Below are positions 10,454-21,345 of a stretch of 32,000 nucleotides of DNA, piece after piece. The DNA lies in the NCBI GenBank assembly GCA_965227835.1, contig OZ245768.1:900001-932000 (forward strand), read 5' to 3'. Position 1 is the stretch's first letter. Each line of letters begins with the position of its first letter. This DNA comes from Candidatus Saccharimonadota bacterium (lineage in GTDB: Bacteria > Patescibacteriota > Gracilibacteria > BD1-5 > UBA6164). A program made the translations under genes and the position numbers. The notes under the pieces were generated by a model, which saw only the letters and a list, made by a program, of their open reading frames with translations, had not been told where the DNA came from and ran no database searches.

Positions 10454-12109
10454 GGTTTTTATATAAAACCAATCTCATCTTGATCACTTTCTAACTAATT
10501 CTATTAATTTTTTAGATTTCATATTTCTAAAAATATTTTTACATTGATCATCAGTTAATTCTGGAAACATATCTTTAAGATCAGACAATTTAACCTTTCA
10601 AAACTCATCAATATGTTGTAAAACTAAATCATATTTATGTTGTGTCTTTACTCATTTACTTCTAATATATGATCATGTTTTTCATAATTTTGAAGATAAC
10701 TCAGCTGATATATAACATTTCTGAGTTCTTGTTCATCTTATTTCTATATATTTATTTGATTTTAAAGATTCTGCCTCCTTCTTGGTAAAATCAATATTTA
10801 TAGTATTTTTTCAACTTGCAATTTTATCTAATAATAATAAATCATCTAATTCAATATCTGTTCTTTTAGATACTAATTTTGCAAAATCTTCATTTTCAAT
10901 TCTTCATGAAACTATAAAATCTACCCTATTTTCTCTTTGAAAAAATCTAATAGTAGTTCATTTTCTTAATTGAGCTAAATAAGCCTTTTGAAGACCTCAT
11001 CTTTCCTTTTCCATTAAGTTTAAATGTAAGAAAAACTCTGACATAATTGGATTTAAGTATTCTTTTGACTGATTTTCTTTTAATACTTTTTCTAAATCAG
11101 CTCTAAATACTCATGGATTTCTAAATTCTAATGAAACTGGTGTTTGAATTATTTCATTCCATAAATTTATAGTCCAATCTCTATGAGCAAGTGCATTTAT
11201 TAAAAGTTCTTCAATAGTTGCTTTCTCATCATATTGCCTTATATCTGTTCTAAATAAATCAATATCCTTTAAATAAGTATTAAATCTATTTATATTATAT
11301 TTTACTCTTTCTAATGTTAAAATAAGAGGAGCTTTTTGATCTTCTATACTCATTCTTTCTTCTATATCATTCTTAGAATCCATGTATTTCCATGAAATTT
11401 TATTTCTTTCCATAATATATTTATCACTTATACTTGTTTTTCATAAAAATAAAATACAAGTATTATTAGGTATATTATCTGTTAATAATCATATTGAGTT
11501 TAATAAGTTTTTTAAAGGCATATTTAACCATTTGTCATCTTTTTTAGCTTCTTTTAATTTTTCTCTTAAGTATGTAACTGCATTTTCATCTAGGTCTTCT
11601 AATGTAGTTCATTCACATACTAATGAAGACCAATCAATTTTAACTAGAGGTTCATTTAATATTTCTATTTCTTTTTCAGAGGTCATATACTCAAGATTAT
11701 CACCTATTCTTTGATATTTTTTATTATGGGCAATAACTATTTTTCTAGGATTATGCTTTGGAATTTCGAAAATCCATACTATTTTTCATGTATCTTCTGT
11801 TTTATATTCTTTTATATCAAATTTTTCACTATCTAAATTCAATGTATTTCATAAAATTCTTTGTTTTATGTTCTCAATTGTATATCAAGAAAAAGATTTT
11901 ATTCATTTTATATCCAATGTTTCATCTTCTACTCAAACTATCAGAAAACCACCTTCAACATTTGAAAGTCATGATATATAAGAAATTACATCTTCTTTTT
12001 CTCTTCATGAAATATTTTGTTTTAATGACGAGAATTCTTTATGTTCAATATTTTTATTTTCCTTAGGAAATTGTAATTTAATATATTCTTTTAAATCTTT
12101 TTCTAACAT
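10445..12109 (-). CDS. AlbA_2 (Schlafen-like) / HATPase_c_4-like protein with C-terminal wHTH-like tail (554 aa)
   Basis: N-terminal ISGLSNVEGGFLIVGVEDE (AlbA_2-type). Central EELLINALAHRDW, the signature of the RecG-like 'putative transcriptional regulator' family. In frame with track ORF 11111..11413. ATG 12109-12107, TAA 10447-10445. Confidence 0.85.
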
Positions 12110-12120
12110 ATTAAAATAGT

Positions 12121-15100
12121 TTATTTATTAAATTCCTCACTGATTATTAAATCAAGTGTTTCTTCGTTGAAGTTTTTTGATACTTCTAATATTCATTTCA
12201 GATATTCTTCAGTAATCAATTCTTTAATTAGTTCAGCATCTTTTTGCCAAGTAGTTTTTGTGATTTTTCTTATTTTCTTCATATATACAAGAGGAAGACC
12301 TCAAAGTTTAATTACCTCTTTTAAAAGATTGAAATAATTATCATCAGTTTCATTGTATATATCTTCTGCATTTTCATATGCTTTTTTTTGCTGAATATTC
12401 ATATTAGAATCAGCATGAGGGTTTTTTATTTCTTTTTTCAATTTTTCATATGATTTATAAAAACCTTTTGTAACTTCTTTAGGTTCTTCTGTAAGTTCTG
12501 ATTTAAATAAGTTAAATGCTTCCACTAAACTCAAAGGTTCAACTTGAGATGTTTTCTCATTATAGAAGTAAAAAATTAAGTTGGATTTTTTCTTAGCAAA
12601 AACTAATACTCATTTTACTCATTTATTTATGGTTCTTAAAACTCTTGTCCTCCTAGGAATTTTTTCAATTTTATCTAATATTTCAGGATCGATTTCTTGA
12701 GCTTTCTTAAAGTCATTTAAAAACTCACTATCCCAAGATTTATCTTCATTTAAAGTTGTATCTTCTAAAATAGCTTTTTTATAAAATGATCATACCTCCT
12801 CATCTCATGACAGTGTTTTTACATCTACTCATAAGACTGTAGCTATCATTTTTATCTTTAATTTTGATATTTTCTTAATATTTACATGTTCTTCTCAAAC
12901 TATTGATGGAAAATAATTATATACATATAAATTATCAAATACTTTTTTATTAATTCTGTTTATTCTTCAAATTCTTTGAATTACTTTTGTTGGATTATAT
13001 GGTATATCATAATTTATAATCACTCATGCTCTATGAAGATTATATCATTCTGATATAGCATCAGTTCAAAGCAATATATCATAATCATTTTTTTGTTTAC
13101 TTTCTTCAACTCATGCATCAAAATTTAGCCTAACTTGTTCTTTTAGAGTATCTGTTTTATGTTTTCAAGTAACAACAAGTACTCTATCGTTTAATTTCTC
13201 TTGTAAATATAGGATAGTATCTGCAAACATAGAAAAAACTATTATTTTCCTCGTCTCATCTTCCTGTCTAATTTCTTGTATTTTTTCTACAAAAGTATCT
13301 AGTTTCGGATCGTTTTTTATGCTTTCCCACTTTTGTAATAAATCATTTAAAAACTTTCTATCATATTTTAAATCATCTATAAATTTTTGACTTAAGTCTG
13401 ACTTTGGAATTAAAATTCAATCTTTTGACTCGATTAATTCTTTCACCTTCTCTACACTTTCTGATATTTCTAAATCTTCATCAAATACATCATCAATATT
13501 TGGCAGTCCTCATTTTTTAATTACAGGAACTCCATGAAGTAATTCTAAATAGTTAAAAATATTATCAATAGAATTAACAATTGATGTAAGAGTCTTTTTA
13601 AATGAATATATCGAGCTTTCAAATCTAGATACTAATAATCTCCTTATAAAAGATGGCATATTTTTTTGTCTTCATTCTAAAAGTGCATACTCATATCATA
13701 GTGTTTCTTCAATTTCTTTTTGATATTTATCTGGATTATTCAAATATGTTAATATTTTATATCTTGCTCACTTAAAATAAACAGGATTTCACTGATTATC
13801 TGCATCTACCAGTTGTTCCAAAGTTTCAGTATAAAGATCTTCTATATCATCCAATGGAAAGTTTAATTCTTTTGGATCTGATACATTTGCAAATTCATAT
13901 CACTCTTTTTCTAAATCTTCTCTATAGCTATCTATATTTTGTAAATCTACTCTTGATCTTCTAACGACCACGGGTCATATAATTTGCCTTATTTCTTCAG
14001 AGAGTTTTTTCACTTTTTTTAATGTCTCTTCTTCGCTCGTTAATGAATTTTTTCCATCTTTTCTTATTTCCAAATATTTATTTTGTAACTCTCCAAAATC
14101 ATTTATTAATCATTTTTTTGTATGAATAGTTGGATTTGCTGGTATTTGAAATAACTTTATAAGGTTAAATATATCTTCAGGTTTATTATTAAAAGGAGTA
14201 GCAGATAATAAAATAACTTTTTTTCAATGACATATTTGGTGTAAATTTCAATAATCTATTGTTTCAGCATTTCTATATTTATGTGCTTCATCTATTAATA
14301 CTACTTCAGCCTTATGAATATCATGATTATCATATAAAAATGCCTTATCTATACTTCATGAACTAAAGATTTCAGCCTTTAAATTAAAATCTTTTACATA
14401 TTCCTTCCACAAATCTATTAAATGAGGAGGACATATAATAAGTGCTTTTTTATCTATATTTCAAAGTAAAGTTGATCAAATAATTGATTTTCATAATCAT
14501 ACTACATCAGCAATTATTACTCAGTTATGCTCATTAATTATTTTTAATCCTTTTTTTATTGCATCAACTTGATATTCTAGGTTAGAAAATTTCTCTTTTG
14601 TTAAATCTTTGGGTGTTTTTATTCACTGCTCATCTTTAAAATATTCATATAATAGTCTGATATAACAATAATATGGTTTTGTAAGTTTTAACCATGTTTC
14701 TTGCTTTAGCATTTTAACAACATCATCATTGTCTCATCAATTAGTTATTGAAATTGAATAATTCTTCCAAATATCCTCAAACATACCTTGAGCCATATTA
14801 TAATTATCTGGAACTCTATCTATAGTGTTATATTCAAATCTTCACGATAGTCATGAATATGTTAAATTGCTTGATCATGATATTACCGTTCAAGGAAGTG
14901 TTCATCACATTGAAAAATCTCCATCATGAGAAAAAAGATACAGTTTTGTATGGTTTGGATCTATAGTTCTTCTAATTTCTAAGCTTCCGTCTATAATCTT
15001 ATCTATATATATTTGAACAGCTTCTGATCATTCTAAATTATCAAGAGTTTCTGTTTTATTAAAAATATCTTTTAGTTGTTTTATTGTATCTGATTTAGTA

Positions 15101-15336
15101 GCAGTTTTAAATCATACTTCATTTACTTTTATAGCAGAATTAACAATTGATATTTCTGCATTCATACCAATAAGTATTCTAACTTTTTTATCTATTAGCT
15201 CCTTATATATCTCTTTAAAACCTGAAAAATAAAAAAAACCAACTAAAATATCCATTTTTGAAGTAGCTGGTAATATTTTTGTTATTATTTCAGATAATAG
15301 TACATCAGTATTTGTTATTGCTTTATAAAAAGACAT
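12121..15336 (-). CDS. PLD (HKD) nuclease domain fused to SF2 (SNF2/DEAH-like) helicase (1071 aa)
   Basis: DILVGFFYFSGF, HTKLYLFSHD (HxK..D), GSSNLTYSG, then helicase motifs ADVVGLGKS (I), LIDEAHKYRN (II), LLSATPFNN (III), LLGTDAISEGYNLH (V) and QRIGRINR (VI). Track ORFs 15112..15336 and 12301..12534 are in frame. Confidence 0.92.
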
Positions 15337-15356
15337 TTTCCCTTTAAAATTTAAAT

Positions 15357-15385
15357 ATTATAATAACCTAGTTTTTACGGGTAAA
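15357..15385 (-). promoter_or_regulatory. candidate promoter of the defence-like operon (TTTACC-N17-TATAAT)
   Basis: TATAAT on the minus strand at 15362-15357. The -35 overlaps the palindrome TTTTTAC-GG-GTAAAAA (15372-15387). Confidence 0.3.
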
Positions 15386-15411
15386 AATTATAAAAAATTT
15401 TAGCTTAAAAT

Positions 15412-15458
15412 CTAGCAAAAAACAAATAAAAAGAAAAGTTTTTCTAAACTTTTCTTTT
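15412..15458 (-). terminator. candidate terminator after znuB
   Basis: A 13-bp A/T-rich stem AAAAGAAAAGTTT / AAACTTTTCTTTT (15429-15441 / 15446-15458), followed on the minus strand by a U-rich tract. The stem overlaps the znuB stop codon. Confidence 0.4.
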
Positions 15459-16244
15459 TATTACTAAACTCAAAACAAAAAAAGTAATCAAAATCAAAAC
15501 AATAGTAGCTCAACTAGAAGTGTCTAAAAAATATGAAATAAAAAGACCTAAAATCACACCAAGTACTGATAAAAAACTAGAAATTAAAAAAGATAGCTTT
15601 AAATTAGGTGAAATAATTTTTGAAATATTAGCAGGAATAACTAAAAAAGCTCAAATAAGAAGTATTCAAAATATTTTTATACTTATAGCTATAAACAAAG
15701 ATAAAAATATCAAAAAAACTAAGTTGTAAATATCAACATTCAATCATCTTGATTTAGCCAAATCCTCATTTATTATTACACTGATAAATTTTCTTCAAAA
15801 AAAGAAGAAAAATATAGATAAGAAAAATAGTAAAAAAGACAAAATTAATATATCAAAAGAAGATATAAAAAGAATAGATCAAAATAAAAAACTTTTTATA
15901 TCCAGAGTCAAATTGCCAAGAAATCAAGTGATAAAAATTCATCCAGATATTCAAATTTGTGCTATTATTTCTTTTGTAGACTCTTTTGTAATAAACTTGG
16001 TTTTTTCTATAAAAAAAATAGAAAAACTTCAAATTATTCAAAACAAAAAAGAAAATAAATAATAATTTCAATTAAAAAGCAAAGAAACAGCAATTCATAA
16101 AAACAAAAAATTAGATATAGAATGAGTTACATTTGCCTCCTTTCTCATAACAATAAATATACCTAAAAAAGAAGCAATAATAGATATTAAAACTCATCAA
16201 ATAATTGCTTTTTGAAAAAATGGATATTGTAGTATTTCAAACAT
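15444..16244 (-). CDS. znuB: ABC-3 family metal (zinc) transporter permease (266 aa)
   Basis: GGVLISIIASFLGIFIVMRKEA, LFGSILFISSFDI, INEDLAKSRGLNV and GILLIGAFLVIPA are typical ZnuB/ABC-3 blocks. Confidence 0.85.
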
Positions 16245-16337
16245 AATATAAATTTATTTATTTTTCTGCCAAAATGTTAATTTTTTCGGGATTCCCTTAA
16301 GATTCTAAATAAAAGATAATTCTTTTATTTTTGGGGG

Positions 16338-16495
16338 CAACAGAGAGCTTTAGCTCTTTGAACAAAGAAATTTCCCAGACAAGGGGTTTTAACCCCTTGC
16401 AAAATTCAACCCTTTGAACAAAGCAATTTACAGTCAACAGAGGGCTTTAGCTTTCTGATTTCATGTCCTTTTCAACAGAGAGCTTTAGCTCTTTG
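16338..16495. repeat. cluster of REP-like GC-rich hairpin repeats inside the znuC-znuB spacer
   Basis: CAACAGAG[AG]GCTTTAGCT[CT]T[TC]TG occurs at 16338-16360, 16435-16457 and 16473-16495. CTTTGAACAAAG occurs at 16356-16367 and 16412-16423. CAAGGGG-TTTTAA-CCCCTTG lies at 16380-16399. Confidence 0.6.
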
Positions 16496-16591
16496 CTATT
16501 TTAGGAAGTTTTTATTTGCTTGTTATTTATCCTATATACAGTAAAACAATTTGCACCTTAGTTTACTATAGAAGATCTCTTCAAAATATAA

Positions 16592-17326
16592 TTAGTTTTT
16601 ACAATTCTTATGGGAGCTATGAGAATTAGGATTGTGTTTGTAAGGTGAAATATAGTTTCAAAAAATATTTTTAATAATAGGATTAGATTCAATTTCACTA
16701 GGGGTTCAATGACAACAAAAATTGTTATCATGAAGACAAACTACTTTATCACAGTTGCTATAGACCAAATTTATATTATGAGAAACTAGTATTATAGATA
16801 TATGTGGAAAAATATCTTTAACCTCTTTTATAATTTTATAAAAAACTTCTTCTCAAACTATATCAATTCAAGCTGTAGGTTCATCAAGTAAAATTAAATC
16901 TGGATTTTTTAAAAGAGAAGAAACTACCAAAATTTTTTGAAGTTGTCATCAGCTCAATTTATCAACTCTTTTGTTTACAAGATCTTTAGAATTAAATTTA
17001 GATAAAAGATTTTCTATATCCTCCCTATTTACCTTTTCGTTATATACTTTTATAAATTCACTTACCAAAATAGGAAAAGATTCATCTAAATTAATCTTTT
17101 GAGGTACATATGAAAGTTTTTTATAATTTCTAAATATATTTCAAGAAATTGGTTTTTGTATCCCTGCTATTACTTTTAGTAAACTTGATTTTCAAGCACC
17201 ATTTAGTCATATAATACTAAGTATTTCTCAAGAAAAAACGGAAAAACTTATGTTTTTTAAAACATAAGTTTTTTTGTTATCATAAGATAAATTGATGTTT
17301 TTTAATTTTAATACTTCCCTATTCAT
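16592..17326 (-). CDS. znuC: ABC transporter ATP-binding protein (244 aa)
   Basis: Walker A GLNGAGKSS (two Gly = TGA), signature LSGGQLQK, Walker B LILLDEPTAGID. The start ATG overlaps the znuA stop (ATGAATAG). Confidence 0.9.
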
Positions 17327-18422
17327 ATATTTTTTCAAGTGCTTTTAAATTGTTACTATAATTATTTATATATCAATTTTTAGAATCATCACTTCAAAAA
17401 GGATTTAATATATCAACTTCCAAACTATAATCCAAAGCAAGTTTATCTAAATTGGAATCTTTAAATTGAGGTTCTTTATAAAAATTCTTTACTCAGTGTT
17501 TTGTTATTTCATCTATAATTTCTTTCATTTCTAAAGAATTTGGATCACTTAAAACATTTGTTCTAAATACAAGTTTTTTACTACTATCTATATTTAGTTC
17601 TGAAAAAAGATAGGAGTAAGCATCATGGAAAACTATAAACTCAGATTGAGTTTTTCAACTGATTCTATCCAAAAAGCTTTGCTTAATTCATAGTAATTCC
17701 TTTTCTAGAGATTCGTAGTTATTAGAAAAATAATTAGAATTTTGTGGCTGGATTTCTGAAAGTTTAGATTCTATATTTTTTGCAATAAGTAAAGCATTTT
17801 CTGCAGAAGTCCAAACATGTGGATCAAGTTCATGTCAATTTTCATAGTGGTCATCTTGATGTTCATCTTTATAATCATTTTCATTATGTTCTTCTCAATG
17901 GTGATCATCGTCATGAGTTTCACTATGTTTTTTATAATTTTTTTCTAAGTGGTTTTCCTCATCATGATTTTTATCTTCGTGATTTTCCTCATCATGATGT
18001 TCGTCTTCGTGGTGTTCATCTTCGTGATGATGATGATCATCTGATCATTCAATCATTTCTATTCATTTAGTAGTAATTAAAACATTTTTATCTTCCAAAG
18101 CTTTATCTAAAAATCAGTCAATATGGTCATATCCAAGTGAAAGTATAAGGTAAGATTCTTGAATTTGTATCATTTGACTCGGTTTTAAATCAAATCCATG
18201 AGGGCTAACTCATGCTGGAACAAGTGATTTTGCTTCTACATAATCTCAACCAATATAATTAGTAATAGAAGCAAGTGGAATAATAGAAGTAGTAATTTGT
18301 AATTTTTCAGCTTGTTTTTCAATATTAGTATTTTTTTGTGAGATTTGTTTTGTATTTTGGTTATTACAAGAAACAAGTAAAAAAGATAGCACAAGTATAA
18401 TAAATAAAGATATTTTTTTCAT
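17319..18422 (-). CDS. znuA: zinc ABC transporter substrate-binding lipoprotein with His/Asp/Glu-rich loop (367 aa)
   Basis: Lipobox LLVSC. SPHGFDLKPSQ and DPHVWTS metal-ligand blocks. Long loop DDHHHHEDEHHEDEHHDEENHEDKNHDEENH..., whose antisense is track ORF 17819..18070. Confidence 0.9.
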
Positions 18423-18535
18423 AGAAATATTTTTTTAAATAATAAAGTATATATTAAGAAAACCCTGAAAAATTCATTTAAAAGAAAAAAAATCTTCAGC
18501 CTTTCCTTAATAACCTTCAAAGAAGATATGAAAAA

Positions 18536-19489
18536 TTAACATCTATCAAAAAATACACTGTTTAATAGAGTATTTTGCATTTCCTGTTTATCTATATTTT
18601 TTCAAATAAAAACAATTCTTGATAATTTGTCTTTTTTATCCCATCTTTCATCAACTATGAGGGTAAAACTTGATCATGCTTTTTGAATTATATATCTATC
18701 TTTTGGATAATCTTTAAAATGTATAAATCATTTTACCCTAAAGACATCATCAGGTAAATCTCATAAAAATTGTTTCATATTTTCAAGTGTATAACATGGT
18801 TCTTCTGTTTTAAAAAAATACTCAGATATTCAATTGTCATGATGATGGTGATGATGATGTAGTTTTTTTTCTATTTCATCGTTCATTTCAAAACTTGTAG
18901 TATCAAGTATATAGTTCAAATCAACTTTACCATAATTTGTCTCAATAATTACACAATATTTATTTAGTTCTTTTATTGTTTTTTTTATTTGATCTATTTC
19001 TTCTTTTGAAACTCAATCTACTTTGTTTAATATCGCAAAATTGGCAAATTCAATTTGTTCAAAGGTAGTAGCTAGTTCTTTCATAAAATTTGATCTAAAA
19101 TTTATAGCATCTATCAAACATACTATACTATCAAGTTTTACTCTTCATCAAAAATCAGTCATAAAAAAAGTTTGAGCTATTGGAAGAGGTTCACTCATAC
19201 CTGAAGCTTCAATTATCAAATAATCAAAATCTTTTCAGCTATCAAGAAGTTTTTTTACTCCCTCTATAAAATCTCATCTAACAGTACAACACATACATCA
19301 ATTTTGTATTTCAATAATTTCTTGTGTACTTTTTTCAATTAATTCTCAATCAATGGATTCTTCTCAAAATTCATTTTCTATTACTGCTATTTTATATCCC
19401 TGCTTATTTTTCAAAATATGGTTAAGAAGAGAAGTTTTTCCTGATCATAAAAATCAAGTTAATATTGTTACTGGTATTATTTTTTGCAT
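18536..19489 (-). CDS. COG0523 (CobW/ZigA/YjiA-type) metallochaperone GTPase (317 aa)
   Basis: PVTILTGFLGSGKTSLLNHIL P-loop, GCMCCT (CxCC), His7 tract (KLHHHHHHHD). Confidence 0.9.
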
Positions 19490-19502
19490 AATCAAAGTTA
19501 TA

Positions 19503-20717
19503 TTAATTTTCTATTATTTGCCATTTGGGCAAAGGATCTGAAAAATTTTTCCAAATTTCTGGATTTTCCATTTCTTCTTTTGTGAGTAATGCATAATCAA
19601 GAAATCAAATTATTTCATCATTATTCATATCTACTCAAATAACTACTATTTCATTTCTTCTATCTCAAAAAGGTTTATCTCAAAATTCTTTTTCATATTC
19701 TTCATTTTGTTCTTTGGAATAAGAAATTCTCTCTTGTTTTGAAAAACTTCACATCCATCTTCACATTGGGTCTATTTTGATACTTCATCAGGCAAGACTC
19801 CAATTTCAAGCTATATCATTTCTAGAAGCTAACCAAAAAACACCTTTGGATCTGACAACTCAAGCCCAATTTTTATTAACAGCTTGCATAAATCTTTCAG
19901 GATGAAATGGTTTTTCTTTTTTATAAATAAATGAACTTATTCAATATTCTTCAGTTTCTGGAGTATGATTTATATGCCCTCATGATTCTAATTCTTTTAT
20001 CCATAAAGGACTAGAACTTGCCTTATCAAAATCAAAAAGTCAGGTATCAACTACATTTTTTATATCTATTTTTGAATTTATTGTTTCAATTATTTTTGCT
20101 TCACTTTGAAGTGATTTAATAATTCATTTTATATAATGAAGTTCCTCTTTTGAAACAAGATCACATTTATTTAAAATAATTATGTTACAAAACTCAATTT
20201 GCTCTACAATTAGATTTACAAGTGGTCTATCATCATTTTCATCAATTCACATTTTTATGTCAGCAAGTGTTTTATCACTTCCAAATTGATTTATAAAATT
20301 ATTGGCATCCACTACTGTTACCATGGTATCAAGATATGCCCATTTTCATAAATCAATACCTGTTTGCTCATCTACATAAGTAAATGTTTGTGCTACAGGA
20401 ACTGGTTCAGATATTCAAGATGACTCAATGATAAGAGCATCATATTTTCACTCCTTAGCTAATTTTTCCACTTCTATAAGCAAATCTTCTCTCAAGGTAC
20501 AACACACACATCAATTATCTAACTCTACAAGTTTTTCTTCAGTTTGGGATAAGTTATTTTCATTTTTTACTATATTTGCATCAATATTTACCTCTCACAT
20601 ATCATTTACTATAAGAGCAACTTTTTTATCTCATCTTTGACTCAAAATATGATTTAAAAGAGTTGTCTTGCCAGCTCATAAAAATCAAGATAAGACTGTT
20701 ACAGGGATTTTTTTCAT
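19503..20717 (-). CDS. COG0523 metallochaperone GTPase, long paralogue (404 aa)
   Basis: PVTVLSGFLGAGKTTLLNHIL (two Gly = TGA), GCVCCT, ILNKCDL. Confidence 0.9.
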
Positions 20718-20734
20718 CTTTTATTTTAAATAAA

Positions 20735-21130
20735 TTATAAACAATTCTTACAAGTTCAGACTACTCATATACTATGATTTTTAATCTCAAATCAGATTTT
20801 TTTTGCTTCTATAAATATTTTATCACAAATATATTTTGATTCAAAGCTAATTATAGATTCACATTTTTCACACCTCATATGTTCATGATGATTTTTTTCA
20901 TCATTAAATTCATAAGTCATAATTTTTTCTCAAATATCTACTTTTCTAATAACTCATAAATCTAAAAACAAGTTTAAAGTTCTAAAAATAGATGCTCTTC
21001 AAATATTTTTAAAGTTTTTAATTATATCATTGTATGTAAAAATATGCCTTGTTTTTAAAAAATCAAAAATAGCTATTCTTTCGGGAGTAACTCTATTTTT
21101 ATTTTGTTTTAATATGTTTTCTATTTTCAT
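20735..21130 (-). CDS. zur: Fur-family metalloregulator, probably Zur (131 aa)
   Basis: IGRASIFRTLNLFLDLGVI wHTH, HHEHMRCEKC....GTCKNC (two CxxC). It heads the zinc operon. Confidence 0.8.
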
Positions 21131-21160
21131 ATAAATGAGATTAAGTCTCAATAAAAAAGG

Positions 21161-21187
21161 ATTATATAATTTTTTTTATTTAGTCAA
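21161..21187 (-). promoter_or_regulatory. candidate zur-operon promoter (TTGACT-N15-TATAAT)
   Basis: Minus-strand TTGACT at 21187-21182 and TATAAT at 21166-21161. Confidence 0.35.
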
Positions 21188-21254
21188 AATTTTTTTGAAA
21201 AAATGTATTATCTGTAACAGTAGATGGGCATCAATATTTTTAAATTAAAAAAAA

Positions 21255-21282
21255 TTGACTTTTAATTTCTAATTGTTATAGT
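21255..21282 (+). promoter_or_regulatory. promoter TTGACT-N16-TATAGT with extended -10 (TGtTATAGT)
   Basis: TTGACT at 21255-21260 and TATAGT at 21277-21282. The 5' UTR contains the palindrome TTGGAATTTTCCAA. Confidence 0.45.
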
Positions 21283-21345
21283 CTTTTTACTTTTGGAATT
21301 TTCCAAAGGTAATAGTAAAAAATTTTTTCAACAAAGGAGTTCATA

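Noticed and set aside
7767-12066. Plus-strand track ORFs 7767..8021, 9051..9314, 9972..10172, 11382..11714 and 11758..12066
   Set aside because: All lie antisense inside the long minus-strand MTase and AlbA_2 genes. Their composition is low-complexity Phe/Leu/Ile-rich, which is typical of AT-rich shadow frames.
15520-16071. Track ORFs 15520..15729 (+) and 15853..16071 (-) within the znuB region
   Set aside because: The first is antisense. The second is in a different frame from the ABC-3 permease reading, which carries the conserved LFGSIL / INEDLAKSRG / LVIPA blocks and closes to a multiple of three from ATG 16244 to TAG 15444.
16338-16495. The three 23-nt repeats as a mini-CRISPR array
   Set aside because: There are only three copies with irregular spacing (74 and 15 nt). 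Each repeat is itself a near-palindrome, and they lie inside an operon spacer with no cas genes nearby.
17819-18070. His-rich 83-aa plus-strand ORF
   Set aside because: It is the antisense of the His/Asp/Glu-rich loop of znuA, which is supported by a lipobox, metal-ligand blocks and operon context on the minus strand.
21136-21150. TGAGA-TTAAG-TCTCA inverted repeat just upstream of zur as a Zur box
   Set aside because: It has only 5-bp arms and no resemblance to known Zur/Fur operators. No second copy occurs upstream of znuA (18423-18535), so support is insufficient.
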